DNA from: Phoronis australis
Taxonomy: Eukaryota > Animalia > Phoronida
DNA: 64,000 bases
Direction of reading: 5' to 3'
Assembly (NCBI GenBank): GCA_002633005.1
Contig: NMRA01000217.1
Coordinates: 62,001 to 126,000, forward strand
The translations under genes were made by a program, and so were the position numbers. Positions 1 through 12,658 of the stretch are shown here, one piece after another; within the stretch, counting starts at the first letter, position 1, and each line of letters starts with the position of its first letter. The notes beneath the pieces are model-generated. The model saw only the letters and a list, made by a program, of their open reading frames with translations, searched no databases and had not been told where the DNA came from.

Positions 1-83
1 CCGGTACTTATCGATAGTAATTATAAATTACCGATTTTCTTGTCAAACTTGGGTAAATTCGGTTTCATAAATCTTTAAATTGG

Positions 84-202
84 CTATTTATAGTAACTGG
101 TCTTCAGTCTGTTCTGAGAACGTGTGATCTGCCTTGTCTTCAAACACGACTTAGTCGAGTTAGGTGAATAACTTCCACAAGGCTTTATAAAATATCGTGT
201 GA
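84..202 (-). CDS. CNBD-like terminal exon 9 (ITRYFIKP...KTSYYK-stop)
   Basis: tttcttatacAG acceptor; phase 1; TAG at 86-84; total CDS of 1872 nt is divisible by 3. Confidence 0.6.
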
Positions 203-841
203 CTGTATAAGAAATGGATATCAGACCGTATCGATAATTTTTACAGTGCGGGCATTCGTGAGTGCATGGAAACAATTTAAAGCAACATACAGAGACATCA
301 GAAAACCTAATGTATTTGCCTGGAATGCGTGCAAGGTTAGTTGGAGCCCATGATTGCTCTTAAATACTTACTGTTGTGGCGCTCAGTAATCGGTTTTTCA
401 GTCTCAAAATTCACTTTTGAGGGCTGTATTAAATTTTGTGGGAGAAAATCGATTACTTTTATCGACATACCTTAATGCAAATCAAAGCAGGGTTCCACCG
501 CTAAAACCACTCGAAAGAATAAACATTTAAAAATCTCATCATGCCAAACTTTTGAAAACCTTTCACTACTTATATGTTTTAGAAAAGATCCTTGCTTACT
601 TAAGCTTTCGCTAAATACTTGGGCAGTTGGAAAGTAATGTGTTGTGGTAAGTGAATTATCTTTGCCATAAGGAGACAGCATGTTATGGCCGACCATGCGT
701 GAGCGCCACCGCACGCATTGATCACGACATGCACAGCAGATAACATGCATTCATTTCCTGCATGCGGGGTTCAGCTCAAAGATGCAACCGAGGAAAGCGG
801 GGGAAATTGAAACGAGGTTGAGATCGTGACGATAAACTTAC

Positions 842-894
842 TCTTGTGAACATCCGACGAGAACGACACGGATGCGTGTGCTCTAGGTCCGTAC
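842..894 (-). CDS. CNBD-like exon 8 (YGPRAHASVSFSSDVHK)
   Basis: strong acceptor tttttgtttcAG and donor GTAAGT; phase 2/1 matches exons 7 and 9; no homology support. Confidence 0.65.
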
Positions 895-1092
895 CTGAAA
901 CAAAAATAAATGGTCAACCAGAATGTAGGACAAACATGATTTCAGTCTCACAGCCTACAACGCGACATTTTCAAGGGTTGTTAGTAAAGTGTTTCACCAC
1001 GAAGCAATATGACTTTTTGAAATGGGATTCTGAAAACGAGACCTTCGTGTTCAATGACCAAGCGCTTGTACGTCAGTGCATACGCTTTTTAA

Positions 1093-2045
1093 AGTGTACA
1101 CAACATGACTCTAGTACCTCAAAATAAATTTTATTATTACATCTTACTTGATTTCAGTGCCTTTAGTCCACAGCTCATAAAGAAACACACAAAAATTGAA
1201 AAAATAATAATTATGTACAACGTCATAGGTTGAACCCAAGTCGTTCTCCGTACTGTTCGGATCAGAGACAAAGTGTATAGAGTGAAGAGAAAGCAAAGTA
1301 CATTTAGCGTCGAAAAGGTTCGTAGAGGGATCAAAAGATGTGTTTCCGGAGGCTGCAGCAACAGCAGCCAAGCGGAGAACGTCTCGGTGTTCCGAAGGAC
1401 ACCAAAGTTGTGCAGAAGTGGCATCGCTTCGTGCGTCGAACGAGAGTGTGGGACGTCATCAAAGACCAAGCGATTCGGTCCGGGGCCACTCTGTGTTCTG
1501 CCCACTTTGAGGACTCGTGTTTCAACTCCAGTCACAGGAGACGTTACGATGAAGGCCTGGTTCAATAAAGGACATTATTTATCATTCAGAAGCATCAGCT
1601 CTTAATTCAGGATCGTCTGTGATGAATGGGTTGACTCGCTGAGCCCGAGGCCGCTTCTCTTGATCCAGTTCGTAAGGCTCAAAGTAGAAAAGTACGTAGC
1701 CGAAAGCACATTAAACTTGTTCTCGCTTTCGTGCAACCTCATTTCCTCATCCTACACACCATTCCCGTACGTTTCTTCATAGTATTTGTTCAATTCTTGC
1801 TCATAATCGTCGTCGCTTTCAAATTCCCTGCTCTCCGCCATTGTTCAATGCTAGTCACTGATCTCTTGTGTTCAACCCATGACGTCACATGGCGGCAAAT
1901 GTGACAATTGGCAAAATTGAAAGAGAAATCAAAATTTCGAGCTAATTACACAAAATAAACATGGGTTTAGCTAAATTTTACGTCATACATTTAGTCTGTG
2001 GCCACCGGTAATTCAAAATGTGCAAAAATCCATGGTGTGTACTGT
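1093..2045. mobile_element. Kolobok-like non-autonomous DNA transposon (THAP remnant on +, KolX-like remnant on -)
   Basis: TTAA at 1089-1092 and 2046-2049; imperfect TIR agtgtacacaacatg / revcomp acagtacacaccatg (12/15); frameshifted THAP at ~1333-1530 (KRCVSGGCSN...PKD...W...LCSAHFEDSCF); acidic broken ORF from 1841 on minus strand. Confidence 0.65.
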
Positions 2046-2305
2046 TTAAAGTCATTTCTTTCGCTTCATCATACTTAAAAACTTCGTAAAACATATTTTA
2101 ACGCAACTTCGTTAAGTCGAAACTTCAGTCAAAACAATCAAGACATATCAAGGAAATGAGTTGTTTTAAAGTGCACGTACTTCTGCATATTACACATTTG
2201 CAAAAATATATTGCAAACTTCTTTACATACTATTGGAGCAGATAACAGTTGTAGTCCCATATTGCATGGTCGAGCTAAAACCACCGATGTGGTACAAAGA
2301 GTTCT

Positions 2306-2719
2306 GGCCGATTGCATGGAACTGTCCCAATAGGGACTCAATCACTCGCCTTCACATTTCACCCTATTTGTGGACTTCTAAAACACAGATTATTCATTAT
2401 AATCATTTTAGTGGTGTTTTGTAATTATTACCAAGTCATTTTTGGCTTCAATACGCATCGAGAATAAACTCTGCGATAAATTCTCAAACTCATTTAACAT
2501 AAATAGAATCTTTTCACGCAACGAAGCTAATTATTTTATTGATATAATGCGTCAGTTTTTCCACCAATCATTAGAAAATGTAATTAAGTAAAATAGGAGC
2601 TTACAATTAAGATGAAGTGGCAGAATAATATAACATTTACTGAGTGAAGAAAGTGTATCGACGCGGTGGACATTGAGGGATTTCTGTAGACAGTTGAGTA
2701 CTATTTCATGCAACGGGCC
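2306..2719. mobile_element. MITE family B, diverged copy
   Basis: ggccgattgcatggaactgtcccaatagggactcaa ... ttgagtactatttcatgcaacgggcc. Confidence 0.55.
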
Positions 2720-3117
2720 AGTGAACTCTGCATGTATTTACATGTAGTCTTTCAGGGCTCGTAATCTATTAAAAAGCCAGCACATGAAAGGTCACGCATG
2801 GACTGCGTTTCGTTACGCACGATATTCGCGAGTGAAACCTACTGTGATCACGTGCGAACACTAAGTAGCGTGATTTCGCCTAGCACTCAAAATTCTTGTA
2901 CATTACTGAACGCAGCAGTGGCTTGTCGCGTGTCACTGAGATAAAGTTACGTGGAGCGAGAGACTTTTTGTTCGAACCATACAAAACCACGATACCGTAA
3001 CCCATGCGTAAAACCTTGATCGGTAGAACAACCTTCATAGTAAACAGGGTTGGAAGTCCATACATTGAAAGAGAAGAATTTACTGTCGTTCATATCCCAC
3101 TCATGTTGTACGTGTTG

Positions 3118-3797
3118 TCAGAATGCAATGCAAAATTAGTTTCCTCTTTATTGAAGGCTCAGAAGCAGGCGGCCAGACTTTTAGGTGTGCCTTTTGACAC
3201 TTCGTCAACTCGTATGTTTATAGACTGGGGTGGCTCCTATTGACAAATATTTTATATATAGGCGTTTGTGTATGATGCATAGGTGCTTTCACGGTAATAT
3301 ACCGACTTATTTATCTCGTAATCTCGTACTTGTTCGAAATAGCCACCAAATCAGGACAAGATTTTCTGCCTCAAACAATTTGGTTTTGCCCAGACACAGA
3401 ACATCGTTTTATTCTAAGTCCTTCTTTATTCAGACCATCAAACAGTGGAACAATTTGCCTAATAGTCTTAAGGATGCTGACTGTTATGATAACTTCAGAC
3501 ACAACCTCATCTGTTACCTGTGGTCGTCATAGCTGTCCCTCCTTTTTGTCTTTCAAATATATACCATAATTTTTTTTTATTTATTTATGCATTTATCTTT
3601 GTAAATCCAATTTGTAAATACTATTTTATATAATGTATCTTATTGTATTTTAATTTAATCTGTTTATCTAACTTAATTTAATTAGTTTAATTTCTTGCTG
3701 AAGAGGACCATGCTGGAAATTAGCCTTTGGCTAAAGCATATTTTACATTTATTGTATTTTTATCCTCTTTAAATAAAGTTTATCATTATTATTATTA
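3118..3797 (+). mobile_element. 3' fragment of a CR1/L2-group LINE (Crack/Daphne-like)
   Basis: ORF2 C-terminus (Q..AARL; P.YL; TR...LVLP..RT.FY.KSF....KQWNNLP); AT-rich 3'UTR ending AATAAA plus (ATT)n. Confidence 0.85.
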
Positions 3798-4066
3798 TGT
3801 TAACCCACACGTCAAAATTAGGAACGCGAGAAGGCATTTGTCTGCAGAAATGATACGACTAATGTAATTGTAAGCATTAGCAAACTAAGGGCCCGTTCAA
3901 AGAAAACCGATTTAGCTAAGGCAAAAGGAATTTGACTTTGTTATTTTGCCCGCATACTCAGATGTCCATTTCGCTGAAACAGGGAAATTTGACCGACCTT
4001 CATCTCTGATTGAGCTGAATATTGGCTAGTACCACTTATGGAACAACTCCCCCCCCCGAAACTTAC

Positions 4067-4778
4067 AGTGTCTGGGACCCCTGCAAATTAGCACCAACAT
4101 CGCCACGATGGTCATCCAACATGGAATTTTTCCTCTCCTTCATAGAAGCAACGTTCATGTGCCACGCTAGAATTCGTGCTTCGAGATCACTCATATCGCT
4201 CATGGTAGCGGGAGACATTCTGTAGTCTGAATTTTCACTACTTGAAGGTGTCTTTGGGGAGTTAGAATCGTAATAGGTAGCTTGATATTGTTCTAGAGCA
4301 CCAGTACCGCTACTTGGTGCCTCTAGTCTACTTTTGAGATGGCGGACACTGGGAACAGATCGAGGAGAACGTTCTTTACTCTGTCGAGAATCCTTTCCTT
4401 TGCCCCTCTCGCGTATCCTGTGAAACAGTGTGCCCGGAGCATACTGGTCTATCAAGGGACCCCTGATGGCGACCAATTGGTCTGAAGAGCGCTTGCCTAC
4501 AGTCTCCGGTTTTTCGTGCAACCACGTGTTCAAGTCGGGCACATTGCCGCAAAGCTTGTTAAATATCCGTGGCAATAAAGGAATTTCGTCATGAACACGA
4601 GCAATTCTACTTTCCAGTTTAAGTTTCACACACTCTTTCATTATGTCTAGTGTCTTCGACACCTTTTTCACGACCAATCGTTCAAAGTTTCGAGTATCAA
4701 GCACAAAGACTTCGGAGCTTTGAGAGCAGACGACAGTCTCTATGTACGTGTCTATTCCAGACACCACTTCAATGTCGC
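4067..4778 (-). CDS. CNBD-like exon 7 (GDIEVVSGIDTYIETVVC...LQGSQT)
   Basis: ttttgtAG acceptor and GTAAGT donor at 4066; covers the 234-aa ORF; degenerate second phosphate-binding cassette and low-complexity tail. Confidence 0.88.
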
Positions 4779-5208
4779 CTACAAAAGGAACAGGAAGTGC
4801 CAGATGGTATTAAGTGAAAAAAACATAAGCACAAGCATACATGTACTGTACAGTATCGTTAATACAAAGAGGGATGTAACGCGATACACAGACTAAATTG
4901 AACTATTCAAATGGTTCTCTGTCATTGAAACAGAATTAACGAGTTCAGCAGATATTTTCACGGGTTGGCCGTTACAATTATTACATTTCTATTGTTGCCA
5001 AGCATTTTTATTTTACTTTCGAATTTCAAGAAAAGATGGCCAGTTAACTGCTCGTCACTTCGTTGATTTTTCTCCCACATCGCGAAGCACATTTCCACAT
5101 TTGCTATGTCAAGACATTGACGTAGCACATTTCCCTTATATGTAAAACGCGACACTTGACGTTTGATGTAAACAAAACAATGGCGATTTCAAGCAGCAGG
5201 TAGATTAA

Positions 5209-5535
5209 GAGGCAACTGATGTTTAAAATTAGTAACAAAGGAATCGTGTATATTCTAAAATGCACTTGGAAATCTCTTTGGGAAATGACTGTGAGCGCAT
5301 GGGCATATTTATCATAAGTGATAGGAAGATTTGAAACTCTGTGGTGACTGAAACTCTGTGGTGACTACAGAGTTTTTCCTTCGCGCGTATTTCAGAAGTC
5401 TTAAACTTATTGACTTTTGACGGAAATTCCCTTTCAGAGGAAAGTGAATAATTCAGTAGTAGACGTTGCGAGAGGACACTTTCGTCAGGAGTTGTTTAAA
5501 AGATATTTTAGACGAGCGTTCGCGTTACATGCCTT
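5209..5535. mobile_element. Kolobok-like MITE; partial related copy at ~52960-53141
   Basis: TTAA|gaggca ... tgcctt|TTAA; 5350-5539 is similar to 52960-53141, which ends atgcctctTTAA. Confidence 0.55.
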
Positions 5536-5856
5536 TTAAGTTAGCTCGCTTTAAGTCCACACATAAACTTTTCATGAAACGGGGCCCAAATTATATTTGA
5601 TACAAATGACAAGACAAAATCTCAAAAAGGCTTCTACAGTTTTCTTAATTGTCGTTTCGTTACAGAACAGCACATCAAGCATAACAGCATTGTCCCAATA
5701 CAGTAAAGAACAAGGGCATGCGCGAACACCAAAACAACATGCAGATCAGCCGAGACACCCAAAAACCATTTGTTTTATCTTTCAACACTGCTGCCGATTC
5801 CTATAACTGGTTTTCCTTTTAACATGCGAACCCCATGCTGTTTGTTCCACACGTAC

Positions 5857-6023
5857 CTACAACGTCTGGGCTGCCGATCAAGCAGATCTCGCGTGCCCTC
5901 TTGAAGGTTTTCAATTGGCTGTATTTGTCAGAACTAGCACTTCGTCGTTTGGTCATACTGCGGCTACTGGGGGGTCTGTCATTGTCTGGAGTCATCTTGG
6001 GAGCACGAACCACGCCTCCTGCC
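5857..6023 (-). CDS. CNBD-like exon 6 (AGGVVRAPK...EICLIGSPDVV)
   Basis: ccctgtAG acceptor and G|GTACGT donor; phase 2/1; open frame. Confidence 0.85.
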
Positions 6024-6872
6024 CTACAGGGTGACAGCATAGTAATTTTAGCATCGTAAAGTATAGTTGTACCTAAGATTTTTAACTGACAGAGGAATCG
6101 TGGATACAGAGTCTCCGAAGTGTCTAATTGGTTCTAGTTGACGACACAAAATTTCGAACGAATCAAGTTTATTTCTACATTGTCGGTATTCTTCTATTTA
6201 TTCACAGTGAGTCTCACGAAAAGAAATCCTGTTCTGTGTCGAAGCCCGTAAAATGCTTACTGGACCTTAAAACGGCGCCAAAGCACTCTTAATACAAGAA
6301 CATGTAATTAACTCTTAGAGACAAATGCGACGTCGGTAAACTCGGGAATTTCTTTTATTAAATTCACACCCTCGGAAACTAGTTTCGCATTATGCCTATG
6401 TTCTCGGTTCCTCCCTTGCATCCATTAACTTCTAAAACCGACCTCAGTCAAAGGAGTAGGGAATACTCAAGCTTACATGTACATGTACCAATAGGACGTT
6501 CACGGATAAAAATCTCCTTTGTCCTGGAGGCAGGAAAACACGTTGTAATAATGACCTCCTTTTAGTAATGTCGAAAAATATTGCCTTCACGGATACTTCT
6601 TAAGTTTATACAATTTTCTGCCCTCGAGTTGCAGCTCACGGCACAGCAGAAAAACTTCGCTTGCATTGTATGATCGAATAAAACTAATGCAGTCGAGAAA
6701 AAATACTCAAAAAACGTTAGGCATCAATTAATAACATGAGAAACTCCGACAGCGCGAAAACTATGCCAAAATACTCCGTGGCGGATGTTGCTGCTCTGTG
6801 GGCAAATACCGCGAGATTCAAATGTAGAGACCGTCCTATTGTGTTATTTTAGTTCCTTAAGTGTTTCCTTAC

Positions 6873-6983
6873 TCATGATGAAAATCTTGCTGGTTTCCGG
6901 TGTTCTCATGCGGATGTCCCTCAAACAGGTGTGGAAACTGGGAGAGATGAAGACCTGGGTCCATCACCACTTTCCCCTGTCCT
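6873..6983 (-). CDS. CNBD-like exon 5 (GQGKVVMDP...DFHH)
   Basis: ttttcAG acceptor and GTAAGG donor; phase 2/2; continues YFIHR-GQGKV of second CNB domain. Confidence 0.85.
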
Positions 6984-7971
6984 CTGAAAACATGATAAAC
7001 ACTGAAGACGCTTGCAACATAAGCATATTTACATGTACATGTATGTCCAGTGCCCAAAATATAACCGAGATGTGCTAACAAGCAAACGCGGAAAACGTGT
7101 CGGGTTCCATCGTCACAGCGTGATGAAAAGTTTATGCAACAGATTACGTTTACTTTCCAGATAAGAAACAAATTGTGTCCTGTCTCCCATGAACATTTTG
7201 TTTCTGTTCGACACTCGCTGACACTGTTCAATTTGGGAAGCCCTAAGAGTTTCGACTCCGAAAGTAGGGCTTGCTTTCGGAACATTTTACGAACATAGAC
7301 TCAAGGGTCCAGGTACCAGAAAAATAACAAAATGTATTTAATAATAGGAACTATACATTTAACAACAGTAGAAATGTCTTCGACTCCTCAACAAATCGAA
7401 GATATATTTTTCCTGGAAAGGCTTAGATACTTTCCAGGCATGATCTCTTCTTGAAGAATTAACTTTAGAGAAAGGGTGTTTGGTTCAGCCTTCTGTCCAA
7501 GAAACTAACTTTTGATTTACATCATATGCAGTGATAAAATCGTCTCAACTTGTTCCTACACGCCACTCAAAAGATGATTTCTGGACTAGGAACGGACAAT
7601 TCGCCACATCTTGAGATCAGACTCAACACGCTGTCTTGTCATGACGGACCACTTTACGCGGCCAGCATGATCTCAAGCGATAACAAACTCAGCTCTTTTC
7701 GAGTCCAGAAAACACATTCCTCGGAATGAACAAAAAGCTAAGACAAGTTTTAAGGCGAAAAGTGGTCTAAACCAAAAGATCTTTTCTTTAACGGGGTAAT
7801 CCGGAATTACTGCAGCTTGGTTAAAACATTGTAAGGTGCACCGACTGCACGTGAATAACTCCTTAGGCGAACTAATGTCGTCAAAGCGTTGGCACGCCAT
7901 CTACAGTCAATACGTTCGGGGCTTTCTTGTACTGGCCTTCAAAGCTTTTTGGTATCTCATAGCCGACGTAC

Positions 7972-8281
7972 CTGTGGATGAAATATAGCGCTGAGACGGC
8001 ATCCCCTTGTTTGATTATATGAGTTTCGAAGTTAAGCTTTTCCTTCCTTAAACTCATCGCCATTTGGCGCTTGTACTTCACTGGCCATTTGCAGAAAAGT
8101 GGACACGAATCGATGAACTGTCGCCTCTCATTGAAGTCTTTTTCCTGGGCCGATCTGATGGATCTATCGTAAAGGTCCCGATTGACCACCAGAAGGTCAC
8201 ATGATCCGTCTGCTATAATGGAAGCGTTGCGAATGCAGTCTTTGCTGATCAAAGCAAGCTCTCCAAAACTTTTTCCAGCAG
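7972..8281 (-). CDS. CNBD-like exon 4 (AGKSFGELALISKDCIRNASI...IIKQGDAVSALYFIH)
   Basis: tttcAG acceptor and AG|GTACGT donor; phosphate-binding cassette FGELAL...RNAS and start of second CNB domain. Confidence 0.93.
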
Positions 8282-8974
8282 CTGAAACCATCAATAATCG
8301 AAGGACATTAGATTTTGTCTTGCCGCGAACTTCCAATACTGTTCCACCTCGATGACTTTAACAAAAACTTCACAAAACAACGTTTGGGAAAAGAAATAAT
8401 TCACATTGAGGGTTTCCTCATCTAGTTAGATTCGTATCAGCAAGTTCGAATTCGTAGCGGGGTAAAGCAATCTTTAAGACCGGAATAAAAATGTCCAATC
8501 ACATTGCACAAAATTAACACGTGTGCCTCTCAGTTGGTCAAACTTCGAGAGCAGAATCTTGAGTAATAGTATAGTGGACTCTGGATTTAACGCACGTGCA
8601 GGCATTAAAACGTCCACTGCAAGAAACATTGTTTAATTTGTAAAATCACCTGCTTTTGATCCCGTGCCCGGCCGGGAATCTCATTAACAATCTTATTAGC
8701 TTTTATCAGATTTTGGACACTACCAAAATCTACTGGTCCGTTCGTTGGTGCTGGCCTTAGTGTGATTCATCTCCCAATATTTTGCTCTAAACCGAGAATG
8801 TTAACAAGGTGACAGTGCCGCCATATTTATTCATTTTGCGAGTGGAGACCATATCTCATAGACGTATCCAGATATAGAATATTCTAATTGTTGACTTGGA
8901 CCCTCCTTTTTAAAAAAAAACCTTGATTCGACCCCTCCCCTTTCAAAAACTCCCGGACCCGACCCCTGTGTCTA

Positions 8975-10500
8975 TCATGGTAAGGAATGACAGCAATATT
9001 AAGTGTGTCAACATTGATAAAAAACAACTCCAAGTTGTGCAATACGCAGATGGCACAGTGCTCCGTTTGGACGGCTCAAGTGGCGAGTCTTTGAAATGTT
9101 CTAGACACAAACCAAATATGGGAAAAACACAATGTGTGTGAATTGGTGTAAAAATTAATAATTCTCGTCTATGCTCAAATAAAGTCACGCTTCACCTTCT
9201 TGGGAATTCGATTCAGTGTCGATACATCTGAAACTGTCGGAAAAAACTAAATTAAACGAGGGATAATGACTTGGTCTAGAAGGTCATTAACTCTTCTTGG
9301 CGGAATTCCTGTAATTAAACCTATCTTGTTGCATAATATGGTTCATTTCCTCCTTGTTTTGCCATCGCCATGAAGTCAGACCATTAATAAAACGCCTTAA
9401 ACTAATATTGTTCACGTTTATTAGGCGTGGAAACAATGATAAAATTAAAAGAACTGAAATGATACAAAATTTTCACAAGTAGGTTGTAAAAGCATTCACA
9501 TTTAAAGTGTTACCTATCCTCCTTAGGCTATTCAGTTTTCACAAACGTCTTCCAACCAATGATGCGTTTTGAAAAAAAAATGCTTGGTCACACAGTAGAA
9601 CGTACATGTATTTTATGGTGGAGGTGCTTTTTACGATATGTTCACGAAACATTAATTATGGTCTGAAGTGTTCGCTTACTTCGCTCAACTACGGGGCACT
9701 GGAAATGATGTCGATTTTAACATCAATCCATTTGGTATGGCAACAACGTAACTGTTAATAAAGCAACAGTCTTACTAAGGAGCATATGGTGTACAAAGCA
9801 TTACTTACATTGAGGAGTTTCTCGACTCGGACGGACTTTTTATTGTCTTACGCGTCATCTTGTAAGATTTTACGATTTTAAGGACACTTGAGTGCAACTT
9901 CTATTTCAAGAAGATTAGAGAAATATGGAGTTTTCTGTAAGCCTAGTAAATTTCCTAAAACGTTAACAAATATTGCTAATAAACTAATATATTGCCAATT
10001 AATTGGAGGCATTTACAAAAAAAAAACAATCAGAGCTGAAGTGGTTTTTACAAATTGACGTTCTCTATTCATCTGAATGGTGGAGGCAAGTTTACCCTTG
10101 CTTCTTTAATTTTGCTCACAATTCGAGATTTAAGTGGTTTCAGAAAGACTTTCTTCATAGAATTATCGCCACAAACGACTTCCTGAACAAAAACTGAATT
10201 CCAAAGGACAATTTTTTCCACATTTTGTAAAAAACGAGAGAGAGAATATAACTCATCTTTACTGGGATTGTAACGTGACGAAAACTTTTAGATTACCTAT
10301 AACTCAATGTTTATTTTCAAAATCTTAAAAATTACTTATTCTCTCTTCGATGGATGTTTTCTTTGGCAAACACTAAGAATTGGCATGATAATAGAATCTG
10401 ATTGACTGAATTGTGTAAAGTATCACGTTTATTGCCGAAGGCTCAGAAACATTACTCTTTCAATAAAACTTTTTAGGATCGAATTACCACACTACAAGTA
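8975..10500 (+). mobile_element. Degenerate Tx1/L1-like LINE ORF2 fragment
   Basis: IK.VNI...QVVQYADGT (YADD decayed); KPNMGKTQC; WFQ..FLHRIIATN; HLYWDC zinc-knuckle remnant; many stops and frameshifts. Confidence 0.8.
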
Positions 10501-10802
10501 TACTATAAATGTCTTTCAAATCCTGATATAATTATATATTTATATCTGAAACTGTGAATAAGAAAAATTTTGAACAAGAAAAATTCATGGTCCTCTTCAT
10601 CTCTTCGGTTTCCTTGCTTATCAGCTATTGTTACGTTTACTTTCTGCTCTCGAAATGTGCGAGTACGAGTTTCGAATGTGTGAGCGCGTGCGTGTGTGTG
10701 AATGTGTCAGCTAATCGTACTATCCTTCATTTTTGTACAAGATAAACCATTAAAAAACTCAACTTGTAAAATCATGAGCTCACCACATAAAGTTTGACTT
10801 AC

Positions 10803-10984
10803 GTATCTGAGCAATGTAATTGCCAAACTTGGCCTTGTCTGCCGCTTTGCGAAGTCCATTCTTGGAGAAGAAAGACAGCTCGTTGTCGTCTGCTTTGTCT
10901 GCTGCCACTTCCGCCGGATCGTCAGCGTCCGACAAAGCATTGTTGATGTACACGTTAACTGAACCGCGCAACAGTACATAGAAG
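10803..10984 (-). CDS. CNBD-like exon 3 (FYVLLRGSVNVY...KFGNYIAQI)
   Basis: ttttgcAG acceptor and GTAAGT donor; FYV..RGSV.V CNB motif; completes codon TG|C. Confidence 0.9.
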
Positions 10985-11583
10985 CTGCAAAAATCACAAG
11001 CATTTTAGTGCGCCAACCTACTGAATTCAAAAGTCTATACATGTACATCCGTTAATTTAACTGACCATCAACGAAACGTCACATCTGATCGGTCAAAGTT
11101 GTTGTTCATAGAAAGGCGAACACACAACATTCCCATTAGGACGTGTTGGACTAAAACTCAATTACACGTTTTTTTAATTAACTTAATGCACTTGAAAACA
11201 ATGAGAATCAAGGAAAACTGTCGTAAGATTAGAAAAATAAAAACGAGTCTTTAGACAGTGTTTTCACCTTTAGCTGCTACCGGGCTGTCAAGTGCGTGCA
11301 ATTCATATTGAACCGAAGAACGTTTCACATGGAATCATATTGAATTTTAACCTATTAAGCGCTCTCCCTTACTATTATGATCGGGGGTATTCACCGTTTT
11401 TTCTGCTGTTATAGATGGCATAGATAGTGTAGAGCCGGTATTACAGCAAACGATATTTTTTGTTTACTGCATCGCAGAGAATCGCAAAAGAAATGCTGTG
11501 AGACCATTCTTTGAGGCGATGTTAGTTATCTGTGAGCGAACGCACACTTCTTTGGAATGGAAAAGTAATAGACATTAAATTAC

Positions 11584-11671
11584 CAGTCGCCCTTTTCACC
11601 TTGCTTGATGATGACGTCATTTTCATCACACGACAGAAACTGGCAGTTGCGAATGATGTCTTTTAAGGTGT
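11584..11671 (-). CDS. CNBD-like exon 2 (DTLKDIIRNCQFLSCDENDVIIKQGEKGDC)
   Basis: tttatAG acceptor and GTAATT donor; IIKQGEKGD is a canonical CNB-domain beta-strand motif; phases 1/2 fit neighbours; too short for the ORF track. Confidence 0.9.
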
Positions 11672-12658
11672 CTATAAAATTCAGATAAAAGAATGAATTG
11701 AAAAAAAAACAACAAAAACACTCAAAATCGAAAGACGACACACGGCAGTAAACTACATGTACACATGGGGATTTTCTCTATAGCTGGCCAATAAAACGAA
11801 GGTAAGTTCCCGGCTGCCAAATGAACAAGAACACATTTTCATCTGATCCACAGGAGACATGGAGGACGGTAACCCCTTGGCCTTAGGATAGCGTTGTGAT
11901 AACGACAGTAGTCTCAAAGTTTCCCCGGACTGACGACGTAGTAGTTCAAGACCTACCAGGCAAGACAGAACGATCTAAGCATAACCTCGGCTGTTACAAG
12001 ATAAATTATTTTAGTAGTCGTATACAGTTTCATAATTCTTTAATCAATAACAGATTAATAAGGCAATCAGTTGCCCTGGTGCGTGAAATCAATCCGCAAG
12101 TATCGACAGCTCGCTGGTTCCCTGCGTGCTGCTAGCAGGTAGCAAGCACGCAGGCATCACTTTTTTAAGTGATTTTAATCACTTAAGAGGAAAATTTAAA
12201 AAAAAAATTAAAAATTTAAAAAAAAATAAAAATCGGGAATTTTTTACATCGGTGTTTCTGATTGGCTGGTCGAATTCTCAACAGGCAGCGCTTTGGCGCA
12301 AACAAACTGGCATCACTGATAGATGAAGTGTGTGGGCTGTTGTACAGACAAATCGGTGCTTAAAATTCATGTTGAAGAAATGTGAGGGATGTGCCCCACT
12401 ACGCGGGTCTGGACTTTGAAAACAGACGTAGCGTACTTGTCAGCGGGATTGCATTGTTTCTTTCCGGCACAGAACTTCTCCGGACTGAACAGGAATCCAA
12501 ACTTTGTACACGTGAAAACCGTGAATCGAAGACTAATAAAAAACTCGACCAGCGTTAGCACGCGGCCAAGAAGCGCGCGCTGCATAATGTACCGGCGGTC
12601 ATCGCAGACATTCAGTCGGGAACTATCTATTCATGAAACGGGTAACATAGCATCGGCA

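Noticed and set aside
10779-10802. Alternative GTGAG donor 19 nt past exon 3
   Set aside because: Its phase does not fit exon 4; the GTAAGT donor at 10802 does
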